Assembly: GCF_000143415.4 (NCBI RefSeq)
Contig: NW_003314329.1
Span: 931,763 to 995,762 of the forward strand
Origin: Selaginella moellendorffii
Taxonomy: Eukaryota > Plantae > Lycopodiophyta
Direction of reading: 5' to 3'
DNA length: 64,000 nt
Within the stretch, counting starts at the first letter, position 1. Each line of letters begins with the position of its first letter. Below the pieces are notes generated by a model. It had not been told where the DNA came from, searched no databases, and worked only from the letters and a program-made list of their open reading frames with translations. Positions 1-13,724 of the stretch are shown here, piece by piece. The translations under genes were made by a program, and so were the position numbers.

Positions 1-3000
1 GGCATCCACCACGATGTTACTCTTCCTAGGCTTGTATAGAATCTCACAATCAAACTCAGCCAAAGCATTGACCCGTTGACCTTGTTTCCCTCTCAGATCG
101 GGCTGTGACAAGAAGTGTTTCGTTGCCACATTATTCGTGTAAACCTTGAAGTGTCTCCCAAGGTAGTGTCGCCACTCCTTGAGCGCCTTGACCACTGCAT
201 ACAATTCCTTCTCGTGGGCAGGCCACTTCTGTTGAGCCTTGTCCAACTTCTTTGAGAAGAACGCTACTGGATGGTTGTCTTGCTTCAAAATTGCGCCTAA
301 CACAAAGTCTGAAGCATCCATTTCTACCTCAAAGTCCTTACCAAAGTTTGGTAATGCCAACACGGGAGCCTTCCTCAACTTCTCTTTGAGGTGGACAAAT
401 GCCACTTCGCATTCTGCTGTTCATACCATCTTCCCTTTTCCCATTTGGTCCATTAAGGGCAGAGCTACTCTTGAATAGTGTCTGATAAACTTCTGGTAAT
501 AGTTGCATAGCCCCAACAATGCCCTTAACTTGTGTACATTTGATGGTCGCTCCCAATCCTGGATCGCTTGGACCTTCTCAGGGTCCACTTTAAGCCCGTC
601 CTTGCCCACCACATGCCCGAGAAACTTTACCTCTTGTTGAGCAAAGTTATATTTGCTCTCTTTAGCATACAGCTGATGTTCCCTTAGTTTCTCAAACACC
701 TTTATTAAGTGTTCGACATGCTCCTCTAGTGTTTCGCTATAGATCAAGATGTCGTCAATATAGATGACCATAAAGTGATCCAGATAGGGTACAAAGATGT
801 GGTTCATCAACGCCGAAGACATTGCTGGTGCATTGCATAGCCCAAAGGGCATCACCAGAAACTCAAAGCTCCCATACCTTGTTTAACAAATTGTCTTCTT
901 GACATCTTCCTCTGCTACCCTGATCTTGTAGTATCCTGACCTTAGGTCAATACTCGAGAAGTATTTTGCCTTTCCCAACCTATTGAACAGTTCCTCAATC
1001 CTTGGCAAAGGGTATTTGTTCTTCTTTGTATACTTGTTGAGCAACCGGTAGTCTATGCATATGCGCATAGATCCATCTTTTTTTTTCACAAATAACACCA
1101 GTGCCCCATATGGCAACTTGCTCAACCTAACATACCCTTTGTTCACCAACTCCTCTAGTTGGCGCTTGAGCTCCTCAATTCCTTTTCGTTCAAATGATAG
1201 CGGGGACGAACCACCGCCTCAGCACCCTCGACCAGCTCAATCTTATGTTCTATCGATCGTGCGGGGGCCAATCCCGCCGATAGCTCCTCTGGCATGGTAT
1301 CCTAGAATTGGTCCAACACCTGCTGGATCACTAAAGATACTTCTTCCATTCCCATTTTTTTGTCACTCTTCACCGAGAGTAAGCACAAAAATGCTACCTT
1401 GGTTCCTTTAGTGAGTTTTCCTCTTGTAGACACCAGGTTTAGGTAGGAATCTTTGGCCTTGCATTGCCCTACCTTTAGATCTTGGGCCTCTACCTTTAGA
1501 TCTTGGGCCTCCACCTTGGATCTTCTTCCTTGGGCATTCGCTAGTACCATAAGGTTCTTACTTTGTCCATGCAGGGCTACCATGAACCAATTGAACTAAT
1601 CCAACCCGAAGATTACGTCAAATCCCGCCATGTCCAACACGGTGAAATCCATGTCTACTTTCCATGTCCCTACTTCGACTCTCGCTTGTCGAAGTACCTC
1701 ATCGGTGCTATAGCTGCCTTGAACAAACTCTATAGTCCTTGGTTCGCCCAGCCGCTACACCGTTAGTCCGGCTTGCCGGACTATGTCTGCAGCCACAAAA
1801 TTATCCGAAGCACCCGTGTCAATAAAGATCTTAACAAAGCTACCTCCGAGCTTCCCTCGGAGGGATAGTAGATGTCGCGAACGACTCTCTACCAAAGTTG
1901 CTCGTGTAATGAGTAACTTTGAGTTAGGGACTGGATCATATACCTCAGTTTGGATTTCACCGAACTTAATGGCCATATTGGCTCTAGCCTTCTCCGGGTA
2001 GGGACATTCCCTCGAGAAGTGTCCCCCTTCACCACAGTTGTAGCATACGTTGTTTCCCATGCTGCTAACCGACTTGCCCTTCTTATCCGTGGGTTTGTCT
2101 CTTTTTGCTTGACTCCCCCACATGCTCGCTCGCTGGCCACCGGATCTACCTTTTCGGAACCCTGAGGACTCATTATTAGAGAAATTGTTTTTGAATTTGC
2201 CTTTGCTATATGTTCCCCTTAGTTTGGCCCCTTTGCTAAATGTGGACCCCGACCCTGTCGCGTTCCCCTTTCGCAGGTTATCGTTGAAATGCACCTTGAT
2301 AGCCGCATCCAACGCTTCTTTTTAATTGGTCGGGTTCCAACGCATCACCTCGTTGCCAGCCCAGGTTTGCAAGCCTAATATGGAGGCATAGAACGCATCC
2401 ATATCACTCATATTCGTTACCAATATCCTCTTTGCCATAAATCCATTCACATACTCTTGAATGGTTCCGGTCTGCTTCAGCTTACTCAGCTCATCCCTTA
2501 GGTGCAGAGTAGCATTTGGAGGAACGTATGTCGCGCGGATCCTTGCCTTTATCATTTCCCAAGTGGCCACCGGTCCTTCGTTGGCCTCCGTCGTTCTCCA
2601 CCAAGACTTGGCATTATCTGCCAAGTATGGTTTTGCACAAAGGACCTTCTCTGAGCTCGGTAACCACAACGCTCGAAAGTAGTCGTCCATATCATAAAAC
2701 CAATCCTCCACCACCTTATAGTCGTTCACTCCCTTGAAGACTGGTGGGGGCTTTGGTTTGTACTTAGGAACTGCCTGAGGGACTGATTCCAATTTGGTCT
2801 GTTTGACCTTGTTTAGTTCAGCCTCAATCCCTACCGAAGGGTCCGCACCTTTTGCGCTACCAACATCTGCAGTCTTTCACTTTTTCTTCTGCTTCTCCTC
2901 ACGCTTCAACTTGCATACGAGAGTCTCCAATAGGGCATTGGTCTGTGCCAATTGTCCTTTTAGAATGTCCAATCGAGCCTTGGACGACCAAACCTCGCCA

Positions 3001-3885
3001 CCAGACTCCTGTTTGGAAGTTTCCTCACTGTCCTCATGCAAAGATTCCTCATCTATAGCCTTTTGTTCGACCAGAGGCTCCAGCTCTGGTAGAGGTTCTG
3101 TCTCCACCTTGGTTCGTTTTCACTCTGCCTTTGTCATCTCCCAGCAATTCACCTCTATCCTTCGCTAAAACTGAGGAAAATCCTCCAATACCATATCTAT
3201 CCGATTAACACTGCCTTGGCTTTTGCTAAGTTCCTTTGCCAAGGTTCCCACCTATTGTACCAGCTCCTACTTGGTCCTACTTGGTTTCAGCTACTCACTA
3301 CATGAGCAATGGAGCATTAGCCATCCATCCACGGATTCCCAAATCTCTCCCAATCCCCCTCCCCGGGTTAGACTGGATTTAAGGTTCGGCTACACTCCCC
3401 GTAGGCACAAGCAACCAAGCACACCAAGCCTCCAAGTTTTTAACATCCCTTGGTACAACAAGACTTGATCATGGGACCTTCTAAATCCCAAGCCTTGGGT
3501 GCAACACTTGCTTCAGGACACCAGGGAGAAACACCGTGGCCTAACGGCCCAGTATGGGTACCTCTACCCCCCCACTTCTATCCCAAAGGAAAGGCTCAAG
3601 CCCCTAAGAAGGGCGAGGACCAATGAGCCACAAGGTACTCAAGTGGGGCACCACTCCACATGAGCTGGGAGCACCGCAGTCGGTTTCCCTTTCGGGAGTG
3701 GGAGCTGCTCTTGAGCACTTCCCTGGGTGGCCATTCCGGCACCACCCAAGCCCATGCTCACTCCCACCCAAGGCCCCTCGGCCCCAATCTCAACCTCAAG
3801 TCAGTTTGGAAGCACCACTGGAGAGTTCCTTCAAAACTAGTTCTTGGACCTCACTATCCCTACTATACTTTTGGAACCCCCTGCA
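1..3885 (-). mobile_element. Ty3/gypsy LTR retrotransposon family A, copy 1 (defective; 3' part lies outside the window; 5' LTR truncated)
   Basis: Minus-strand fragments in gypsy order: gag (2322-2792), CCHC knuckle CYNCGEGGHFSREC, protease IFIDTGASDNF (1755-2312), RT (883-1149; 421-855 with YIDDILIYS), RNase H (~1-400). Degenerate PBS near 3182-3193. LTR sequence ~3194-3885 matches the LTRs at 14717 and 22896. Several stops. Confidence 0.95.
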
Positions 3886-3915
3886 AGAAACGAACTATAC
3901 TTTTGGAACCCTGAG

Positions 3916-6272
3916 TGAAACGAACAACAGAGCAAACCCTAGGCCAACCTCCCAACCCTTAAGGCATTACAGCCACAGGGCATAGAATATTCTTGGAATA
4001 TTCCTGTGGTTCGTGTCATTTTCCCCTACCTCATGACCGAGTCACATACGGCAGCCTTGAGAAGTTAAACGAGCCTCACATGACGGGAGTCCAAGGCAAT
4101 ACAGCCATGGAAAAAAAAAGTGCAAACAGCAACACCAACCTTGCGACAAACAATCATGAAAGAAAGAAAGCATTACGGCTTTCTTACATGACAATACGGT
4201 CATGAAAACAAGAGAATGACAATAGAACAAATGGCTCAAATTATATAGCAATACGGCTATAGAACTCAATTTTCCCCTTCCTCAGGAATGTCATCCAAGT
4301 CATAATTAAAACTCGGAAACACTCTCTTCATGTCATCCTCAGTTTCCCATGTAGCTTTGTCCATAGAATAACTATTCCATTGAAGTAACAACTCCTTAGT
4401 TGTTTTCCGGCGTGTTTTCACCAATCTTTGAGCAAGAATATTGGCCGAACCAATCTTCTCTGCATCAATCTCATGCTGAATGCCACATTCAGGAGCCAAA
4501 CCATCAAGTAACTCATCCGGAAATACGTCACAGAACTCCTCCTGAATGGAATCCACCCTAGCCCCATGCCCACGAACGCACTGCAAATCAGACATGATTA
4601 TATTAGAAAGAAACAGGTACACCACAAAAGAATTAGCTATCTCATGCATGCATGTCACCAACTCGAAAGTGTTAATCAATGGAGTATCACTATTTTCTGT
4701 CCCGACAATCTCTTTTATAGTGCCACCAACTTCAATACGCAGAACATTACGCTCCCAATCGATCCCTGGCTTCCTGTCATAAAACCATTCATTCCCAAGA
4801 ATAACGTCTATGCAACCAAGATCCATAACCTGGAACGAAGGATGGTCGAGAATCCCCTGAATTGTCAAAGGAACACTTGAAGCCCATTCACCGTAAACAT
4901 GAGTGCTATGTCCATCTGCCATAACCACCTTGTAGATTACTAAACTATTTTTTCATAGGCAAACCAAGTTTCTTCACCACCTTGGAGCTCAAAAAGTTGT
5001 GTGTAGCACCTGGATCGAAAAGAATATTAACAGCATTACCCTAAATGTCCCCCTTGGCCTTCACAAGTTGATTGTGCATAGAACCATTAATCTTGACAAA
5101 GTTGATACGAACTTGAGAGTTAGATTCTTGAATTTTTGCCATAGGGTGTGGAAAAGCCACCACAGCAGATGCCTAAGTTGTATCCACAAGAGATTCCACC
5201 ACATTCACCTTAGCATTCTTTGATCCCTTTACAAGAGGACAATCCTTGCCATGATGTCCAACCTTATGACAACGAAAGCAATTGCCCTCCACTTTGTCCT
5301 TTTCTCATTGGTCTAACTGATGTCTTTTTGCCTCATTACCATCTCCACTCTTCGAACTAGGACAAAACAATGGCTGTTTCTTCCCTGAAGATGAAGTATT
5401 GGTAGGTGAGTCATCATGTTGACCAAGTTGACCGATAGTTTGGGTGAAAAGATTTGAGCCTTAGTGATAGCATCAGTCAATGTTGCTGGAAAATCCTTCT
5501 TGACCTTCTACTACACATCCACTGAGCTCAATCCTTTGATGAAATATTGCACCTTTAACAGCTCATTATAAGTGCCCATGAGACTAAGGCAAAGATCACA
5601 GAACTTGCAAGCATACGCATCCAAAGACAAAGTCCCCTGCCAGATCTCTAACAACTGGTTCACGAGATCAACCTCTTAAAACTTCTTGACAAACGAAGCG
5701 CGGAAAACCTTTGTCAAATTAGTCCAAGAAGTCGGCTTCGGATTAGCTTTGATGTAGTTCTTCCACCACGAAGAAGCATGGCCCGTAAACTCCATCACAA
5801 AGAAATCTATCTTCACCTTATCCTCACAAGGATTGTGAGACAAATAACTTTCCCACAATTCCAACCAAGAATCAACCTCTTGACTATCACAAACATTCGG
5901 TGATGATTTTCGTTCCATGATACTATAATCTTTAGCATGTTTGATGTACCAATGGTAATCACGGAATTGATTCAACCCTTGAGGGTCCATGTGAAGGAAG
6001 AAATCCTTAATGAGATTGACAGAATCCTTAACCTCCTTTATGTCGCTCTGAACCTCAGAAATCTGGCGTCAGGAATAAAAGCCAAATTCAAACTTACAAG
6101 AGACTTAGGCTTATAGCTATACATCGCCATAAATGGAAACATGCCAATAGTCGATTAATGAGTGTTATTGTGAACAAATTGAAGCAAAGGCAAATACTTC
6201 TCCCATACTCCCTATTGAGTCAAATCCCACAGGCTATAGAATATTCTCAGAATATTCCTGTGGTTCGTGTCA
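3916..6272 (-). mobile_element. Chromodomain-bearing gypsy family B, internally deleted copy B1 (gag, protease and chromodomain only)
   Basis: 3' LTR at 3916-4018 is the reverse complement of the family B LTR, with an adjacent PPT. Partial 5' LTR at ~6223-6272. gag at 5676-5990, CCHC knuckle near 5240-5290, protease ILFDPGATHNF near 5000-5030. ORF 4266-4928 fuses pre-RT 'GIQHEID' directly to the chromodomain 'AEK...ELLLQWNSYSMDKATWE'. Confidence 0.9.
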
Positions 6273-6279
6273 GTGACAG

Positions 6280-7496
6280 TCTATGTTTGATTGCATCTCA
6301 GAGTGCCATAGAACTCAGCACTCACGCACCAGGGGCAAATTGTGGCAGCAAAATTGACCTCGGGCAAAAACACCGGCCAAGGATCTCATGTGCTAGATGA
6401 ATCTATTGCCCAGAATGACAGGACATTCCATGGGTTCCCCTTCCGGCAGTGAATACCAGAGGGAAGAGATCTTTGATTTCATGCCGGATGAAGACGTGGT
6501 GCATGGAAGGCAATGACGTCAGCCACCAAGGCTTCGTCACCCTCATGAAGAACAGCTTCGGTCAAATCCCGAAGAAAAATCCAGTACCGTGGATCCTCGC
6601 ATTTGCGAGAATGGGCATTTTGATAAGGCGGTTCACGAGATCCTGCGCAAGACCATTGTCTACTGGATAGCTCTCACGCAAGTTTCAACTTGAGCGCCAC
6701 CAAGAGCATGTTTCAGAGCATGAAGATGCACACCTTGGTTTCCTGGACGACCAACGCTCAAAACGCTTGAAGGACAAAATCAGGAGTCAGAACCATACTC
6801 AGGTGGTTCAATCCCTTTCGAAAGCTTCCACAGTCAGACCGTTTGCTTCTACATCCCAAAGAAACCAGGGGATACCTCCAAACAATTCAAACACCATTTC
6901 AGCAGCATTCACTCTCTGCATTATCTCTTTGGCTTCTTCTGATCCACTCTTGTAGTCTGTCACGCGTTTCCTCCAGGAAGACACAAGAGCATCGTACTCG
7001 TGCTTTTCCCACGCAGGCAGATAGCGAGTGAACGTTGTCCGCTTGGCTTTTCTGACATTGAACTCGTCTGGTGATGAAGCAGCAACAAGGGTTTTATTTC
7101 CAACCATCCGCCCCAAGTCCACTCACTGATCGATGAGATGGTAATCTACTTTGCTGTCCAGCACAATCTCCTGAGGGAAGTCTTCTCTATTCACCACCCT
7201 GAGCTTGTCACCCTCGAACATCAAAACAGTTGCTCTGGATTCGTAGATCATGACCGGAAGTACCAGAGGAATGCAGATTTACCAACCCCTGAATTTCCAT
7301 TCAAATGGCAGCACAACATCCACATGAACGGCACCAGGATCTTCCTGATCTCTTTGTACAACCCATCGAATATCTCCTTCACGTACAGCTTCAGAATATT
7401 GCTGTGGAATGTGGTCAGACGAGCACCTTGAGCAAGAAATTTCAGCCGTTCCAGTGATCCACCATGCCTGCTGAGATCTCCTAACATAGACTGCAT
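6280..7496 (-). pseudogene. Crinkler (CRN)/RHS-type P-loop NTPase gene fragment
   Basis: Minus-strand translation gives 'LYVKEIFDGLYKEI...GNSGVGKSAFLWYF' (Walker A), 'TLVAASSP', 'YLPAWEKHE' and 'FELFGGIPWFL'. This motif order is typical of CRN-effector NTPase domains. Frameshifted and flanked by TE sequence; boundaries approximate. Confidence 0.6.
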
Positions 7497-8164
7497 GTTC
7501 CCACAGGAGGCAAAGAATATTTACGTTTTAATTGAAAAGCATTTAACTCAAGCGTTACAATGAGCAGACCTTGCTATCCAATAAGAGCACAACTCCTTAA
7601 AATGGACATTCCAACAATGGCCTAATCTTCATTATTGAGCTTAGATTGTAAAAGATTGTAACCGAGCTTAGTCTTTGTACTGTGGGTTCCTTGTAAAAGA
7701 TTGTAATTAGAAGCTCTATTAGCTAAAAGAGTGATGGAAGCACAAGGAATCCAATCACAGTGGAGTTCTTCAGGCTACTTTAGCACACGACAATGACATC
7801 CTCAATGTTAACAATCCACCTTGTGTGTACTAGTGCTCCACGATCGGGCAAGTCTCCACATAGGTTCATGATTTGGCGAGGAGCCCCACGTAGCTACATG
7901 TTATGTCTAGCATTCTTGAGGCCAGTTTCGTCCTTCTAGGTGGTACATCCTGACAAAGAACTTTTCTAATTTCGGAAGTGAATGTGATCTAGTCGGGAGC
8001 CATTCCTTCCAAGACCATGTCCTGGTAGAGGATCAAATTAAAGCGTGGAAGAAATTCCCAGTGAGAGTGTAGGCCTAGCAGTCCATGCGACAATGTTGTG
8101 GCACTTGGGCATTTGATCGAACATTGCCCGTGCCATGTGTGTGCCGTTTTGAGTGTAGAACTCA

Positions 8165-8400
8165 TGCTTTTCCACGGTATGTATGGTTCTTCTCGTGCTC
8201 ATTTTGCTTATACTCTTGTCCAGATTGCTTCATTCCTCATAGATGTATTTTCCAAGATAAATGGAGGCCTGTAGTTCATCAACATCCAAGGCATGGAGTG
8301 ACCACAATGCAACTTGTGATGAGATGAGTTTGTGACCTGGTACACTTTTGTGTTATGCCATCTGCTCTTTGGAAACTTTTGAGAAAGCTTGCTCTCAGCT
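8165..8400. repeat. Dispersed ~230 bp repeat, copy 1 (gene-fragment-like)
   Basis: 'gctttt.c..ggtatgtatggttcttctc.tgctcatt.tgcttatactcttgtccag...tgagtttgtgacctggta.acttttgtgttatgcca...ggaaacttttgagaaagcttgctc' recurs at ~26425-26650. Confidence 0.8.
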
Positions 8401-9596
8401 GATTGAGTTTGAGCTCGGTCAAGGCTCTCACAAGATTGGACAATAGTGTGAAAGACAGATGATGGCCATACTTTCGGCACCCAACAAGCTTAACTTTCTA
8501 GTTGCACCAAGATTACCACCAATTCCATGAGGTGTGACTTATTTATGTTTCCGTGGACAGGATCCATTGCCACCTTGAGGAAGCTCGTGAAGTTGATTGC
8601 ATTGAGATTACCCCCAGACTGCAATTGTCCAGAGTCTAAAATAGCTTGGTCGATTCTGGGCTGGAAACGCTTCGGAAGCGATCATGTTGGAGAGGTATCG
8701 ATTCGGCCAATAGCTGCTCTCCAGGATCCGCGCGTGGATCCTTCAAATCTCTGGCCTCGCAGCCCCTGGATGTCGTCCACGTGGACAGTCAGATGGATTC
8801 CAAATCTTCCTTTGCATTCAAATTCAATAAAAGGTGCTGAAACTATTTTTTATTATCTTCCAGTGTTCATGGCTTTGTGGTTAACTTTCAATTAAGAATA
8901 ATGCGGTCTTAGGGTAGCCCCCTAAACATGAACACTATTTTATTATTTTATTATTAAATTAACTGTGTTGAGTTTCAGGTACCATTTTATTATTTTATAG
9001 TGGCTCTCCTCAAAATTTCACCTAAGATTAACTGTGTTGAGTTTCTGGGTGTTAAGTTGGTACTAGATCATGGTAAAGAAGCCAAACCAAACTTGTAATC
9101 AATGGAATCCATTCTTACAGACTTAAACAAACAGATCATTAAAAAGTATTAACTTAGGTGCATCTCCACTGTAGTCATGCAATAAAATTTTGTGGAAGGG
9201 AAGATATATATTTGATTTGCTCCAGCAGCACACAAACAGCACAAACATGCCATTGAGCTTACCAATTCGATCATATATACCAAATTCTCATCAGTTGTCA
9301 CTTCAGCATAATTGATCAATCATACACAATGTTGTGCCATTGAATTCTTGATGACCCTGCCAGCATATGCAAGGTTTCCTCACCATTTGAACAAGAAAGA
9401 TGCTAGACAACAAGCTAGAAATGAACTTTTAAACGCAGTTTATATTAGTGGTAACTACAAACAAATAAAAGGTTAAGAGAGATACATCACAGCCGTTGGA
9501 TTAAAGGATATCTTAGAATATACCATCCAAACTGTTAGATTTTAGCGCTGCTACGGTTTCGCATGACCTGTGCTGGTTCCGGGGGCGAGGTGAGAG

Positions 9597-12500
9597 TGAC
9601 ACGAACCATGGGAATATTCCAAGAATATTCCATGGCCTGTGGGATTACTGTGGGATTTAAGGTTAGGAGGTTGGCCTAGGGTTTGCTCTCTTGTTCGTTT
9701 CATTGGTATCAGAGCAGCACGTTCTTTTGGGGATGGCAGGTGAGCAAGACATTGATCTTGATGAGGAGTATGGTGTTAGTGATGATAGCCATGAAGATGC
9801 GAAAGAGACTCTTGATGATGTCGTTGTGCGGCAGGGACGCCAAATTTTTGAGGTTCAGAGCTACATAAAGGAGGTTAAGGATTCCATTAATCTCATTAAG
9901 GATTTCTTGCTTCGCATGAACCCTCAAGGGTTGAATCAATCTCATGTCTGTGATTACCATTGGTACATCAAGCATGCCAAGGATTATGGTATCGTGGAAT
10001 GGAAATCATCACTGGATGTTTGTGATAGTCAAGAGGTTGATTCTTGGTTGGAATTGTGGGAAAGCTGTTGGTCTCACAATCCTTGTGAGGATAAGTTGAA
10101 GATAGATTTCTTTGTGACGAAGCTTACGGACCATGCGTCTTCATGGTGGAAGAACTACATCAAAGCTAATCCGAAGCCGACTTCTTGGACTAATTTGACA
10201 AAGGTGTTCCACGCTTCGTTTGTCAAGAAGTTGATCTTGTGAATCAGTTGTTAGAGATCCGGCAAGGGACTTTGTCTTTGGATGTGTATGCCTGCAAGTT
10301 TCGTGATCTTTGCCTTAGTCTCATAGGCACCTATATTGAGCTACTAAAGGTGCAATGTTTCATCAAAGGATTAAGCTCGGTGGATGTGCAGTAGAAGGTC
10401 AAGAAGGATTTTCCAGCAACATTGACTGATGCTATCACTAAGGCTTAGATCTTTTCGCCCGAACCGTCAGTCAACTTGGTCAACTCTGGTCAACGAGATG
10501 GTCTACGGAGTAGTCAACGTGATGACCAGCTCGCCAATGCTTCATATTCGGGGAAGAAACAACCGTTGTTCTGTTATGGCTCAAAGCATGAAGATGGTAG
10601 TGAGGCTAGAAAACTTCGTTTGGACCAGTGAGAGAAAGACAAGGTGGAGGGCAATTGTTTTCGTTGCCATAGAGCTGGATATCAGAGCAAGGATTGTTCT
10701 AAAGGGGTTAGTGAATGATAAGGTGACTGTGGTGGAAATTATAGGCAATGATGTGAGTGATAGTGCTTTTGGGGCTGTATTGCTTCAAGTTAGGCATTCT
10801 CTCGCATTCATGAGCCACAAGTTTGATGCCACACAACAGAATTGACCTACTTAAGAATGGCAACATTCTCTATATGAATCGGACTTCCATGTAGATTCAG
10901 ATCATCAGTCTCTCCAGATCTGGATCTTCGAGGCCACCTTGCTCGTTGGCAAGAGTTCCTGCAGGAAATGTCTGTTAAGATCTGGTACAAACATGGAGGT
11001 GACAATAAGGTGGTTGATGCATTATCCAGGATGGTAAATTTTATCTCGTTCGTGAAGCTATCCAGCGATCTCTTGGATGAGCTTAAGGAGTTTGCTGACT
11101 TCAACTCCTTTATCACTGATATTCGCGCGAAGGTTTTGTTGAGGGACGCCTCTACAGATTTGAAGGGTGACAAGTTTGTGTCAATCGAAATACGAGATGG
11201 AATCCTAGTGAAGAAGGGACGTGTAGTGGTTCCTCGTGTTGACAAACTCATCAAACGGATTTTGGTTGAGTTTCATGATGTGCCAAGTGCTGGGCATCCG
11301 GTGGTATTGAGAATGTATATGTTGGTGAAGAGGCATTTCTTTTGGCCTAGGATGAAGTCAGATGTTGAGAAGTACGTACGTGGTTGTTTGACCTGCCAGG
11401 TGGTCAAAGTTGATCATCAAAAGCTCGCTGGCCTCTATCATCCTTTACGTGTACTCAAGAATAAGTGGGATAGCATCTTGATAGACTTTATCACTGGTTT
11501 GCCCAAAACCTTTCAAGGAAATGATGCTATTTGGGTTGTTGTGGATCGTTTGACGAAGATGGCTCACTTCTTCCCTATGAAGTCAACGATAAAAGCTTCT
11601 AAACTTGCTCAGTTGTTTGTAGACTGGTTATTCAGTCTCTATAGTTTGCCGGGTGACATTGTGAGTGATCGGGATCTTAGGTTCACGTCCAAGTTTTGGC
11701 AAACAGTCTTTGAGAAAATAGAGACTAAACTAAGCATGAGTAGTGGTGAGCATCCACAATCTGATGGGCAGAAAGAGCTCATGAATCAACTATTAGAAGA
11801 TATGCTACAGTCTTTTGTGGGAAACTTGACTTGACAAGGAGTATGGGAGAAATACTTGCTTTTACTTCAGTTTGCTCACAATAGCGCTCATCAATCGGCT
11901 ATTGGCATGTCTCCTTTTATGGCGACGTATGGCTATAAGCCTAGGTCTCCTGTGAGTTTGAATTTGGCTTTGGTTCGAGTTCCTCATGCTTGTGATTTCC
12001 TGGAGGATATGCAAGACAAGCTTGAGTTGGCAAAATTGAACATGAGGCAAGCTCAAGAATGAGACAAAAGATTGGCTGATGAGCATCATCGTCATCAAGA
12101 GTACAAAGTTGGTGACAAGGTTTTTTTTAAACTGTCGGATGCATAACGGTCTTTAAAAGGAGGTGGCAATGCTAAGTTGTCTCCACGGTATTGTGGACCT
12201 TGGACAATTTTACAGTGTGTAGGGGATCTTGCGTACACTTTGCACTTGCCAGTTAGTTTGAAGATTCATCCAACGTTCCATGTGGGCAAGCTTAAAGTGT
12301 GTTTGCACTCTGGTGATATCGTGGATCAGTCCATCATCCAGGTTCCAGAGATTGATGCAGAGAAGGCTGGTCCGGCCAATATTCTTGCTCAAAGATTGGT
12401 GAAAACATGCCGGAAAACAACTAGGGAGTTGTTAGTTCAGTGGAATGGTTATTCCATGGACAAAGATATATGGGAAACTGAGGATGACATGAAGAGAGTG

Positions 12501-12903
12501 TTTCCGAGTTTTGGTTATGACTTGTATGACATTCCTAAGGAAGGGGAGAATTGAGTTCTATAGCCGTATTGCTATATGATTTGAGCCGTTTGTTCTATTG
12601 TCATTCTCTTGTTTCTATGACCGTATTGTCATGTGAGAAAGCCGTCTTGCTTTCTTTCTTTCGTGGCCGTTTGTCGCAACGTTGGTGTTGCCGTTTGCAC
12701 ATCTTTTCTCCATGGCCGTATTGCCTTAGACTGAGGCTTGTTTAGCTTCTCGAGGCTGCTGTATGTGGCTAAGTCATGAGGGAGGGGAGAATGACACAAA
12801 CCACAGGAATATTCCAAGAATATTCCATGGCTTGTGGGATTTAAGGCCATAACGCCTTAAGGGTTGGGAGGTTGGTCTAGGGTTCGCTCTCTTGTTCATT
12901 TCA
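9597..12903 (+). mobile_element. Gypsy family B copy B2: both LTRs and TSD present, protease and RT deleted
   Basis: LTRs 9597-9702 (106 bp) and 12792-12903 (112 bp), both TG...CA. TSD GAGAG on both sides. PBS TGGTATCAGAGC (tRNA-iMet) at 9704-9715. PPT just before 12792. gag 9691-10242, RNase H remnant ~10750-11030, integrase 10968-11834 (HHCC and core) and beyond, chromodomain 12177-12554. Confidence 0.95.
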
Positions 12904-13724
12904 GAGAGAGACTCGGGTATTCGTCTTCCTCTGTGCAGCGGAAAGCTGCCATCTCTCGATATTTGGGTGGCTTGAATCCCTCAGAGCTCTCCATCCAGTT
13001 GCACCCAGACAAAGGCGACGTTTTCCATCCCCTCTCTCTCAACTACACAACAGGCCTGTCGTGCTGGACTTGGGATGAGCTGGTCCAGGAGCTCAGCTGC
13101 ATCTATTCTGACGCAATTGCTTCGCTCCCTGACGCATCCCTTCCCGACGCCAAGACGCGGCAAAATGCAGCAATCATCCAAGGCATCCAGCCGCCCAAGG
13201 ACGAAAGGGAGCCGGCTTGGATGTCGACGCTGTCCGAGATTTGCAGAGGTAGGATCGACGTGGACTTGCTTTTGTGCCACACATTCATGCTCACCTTTCG
13301 CTACCATCTGGACGTGAACGATTCAAACGTCGTCTCCATGGACAAGGAGCAAGATTGCCAGGACCTGATCACGCAAGAAGAAGAAGAAGAGCTCTTTGAT
13401 TGTCACCTCCCTCGAGCTCAAGCTGACGAGATTGTGTGCGAGATGTCTTTAGTTTTGCCACAGTTGTACTGGTGGCTGGGTCTAGAGGGGATGGACAGCA
13501 AAGAGGAGGTTTTCCGCGTGATCAACTGGGACATGGAGGTGAGGAGCTCCAATCTCAGCCAGGCAAACAAGATCTTGGATTGACATGGTCAGTTGGCACT
13601 CACTCAGTACACTGTATGCCCAATCCAGGCATCTTGAGATTTCCAAGAATAAGGATTTCCGTGATTGTCTCCTGGAACACGATGATCACTGCGTATGTGG
13701 CGGCATCCTGCATCCGAGACTAAG
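12904..13724 (+). pseudogene. Gene fragment of unknown function ending in decayed PPR motifs
   Basis: Open frame to 13583 of unknown identity. At ~13540-13720 the frameshifted pieces 'SSNLSQANKILD*', 'MVSWHSLSTLYAQSRHLE' and 'VIVSWNTMITAY' resemble PLS-PPR motifs. Bounded by TEs on both sides. Confidence 0.5.
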
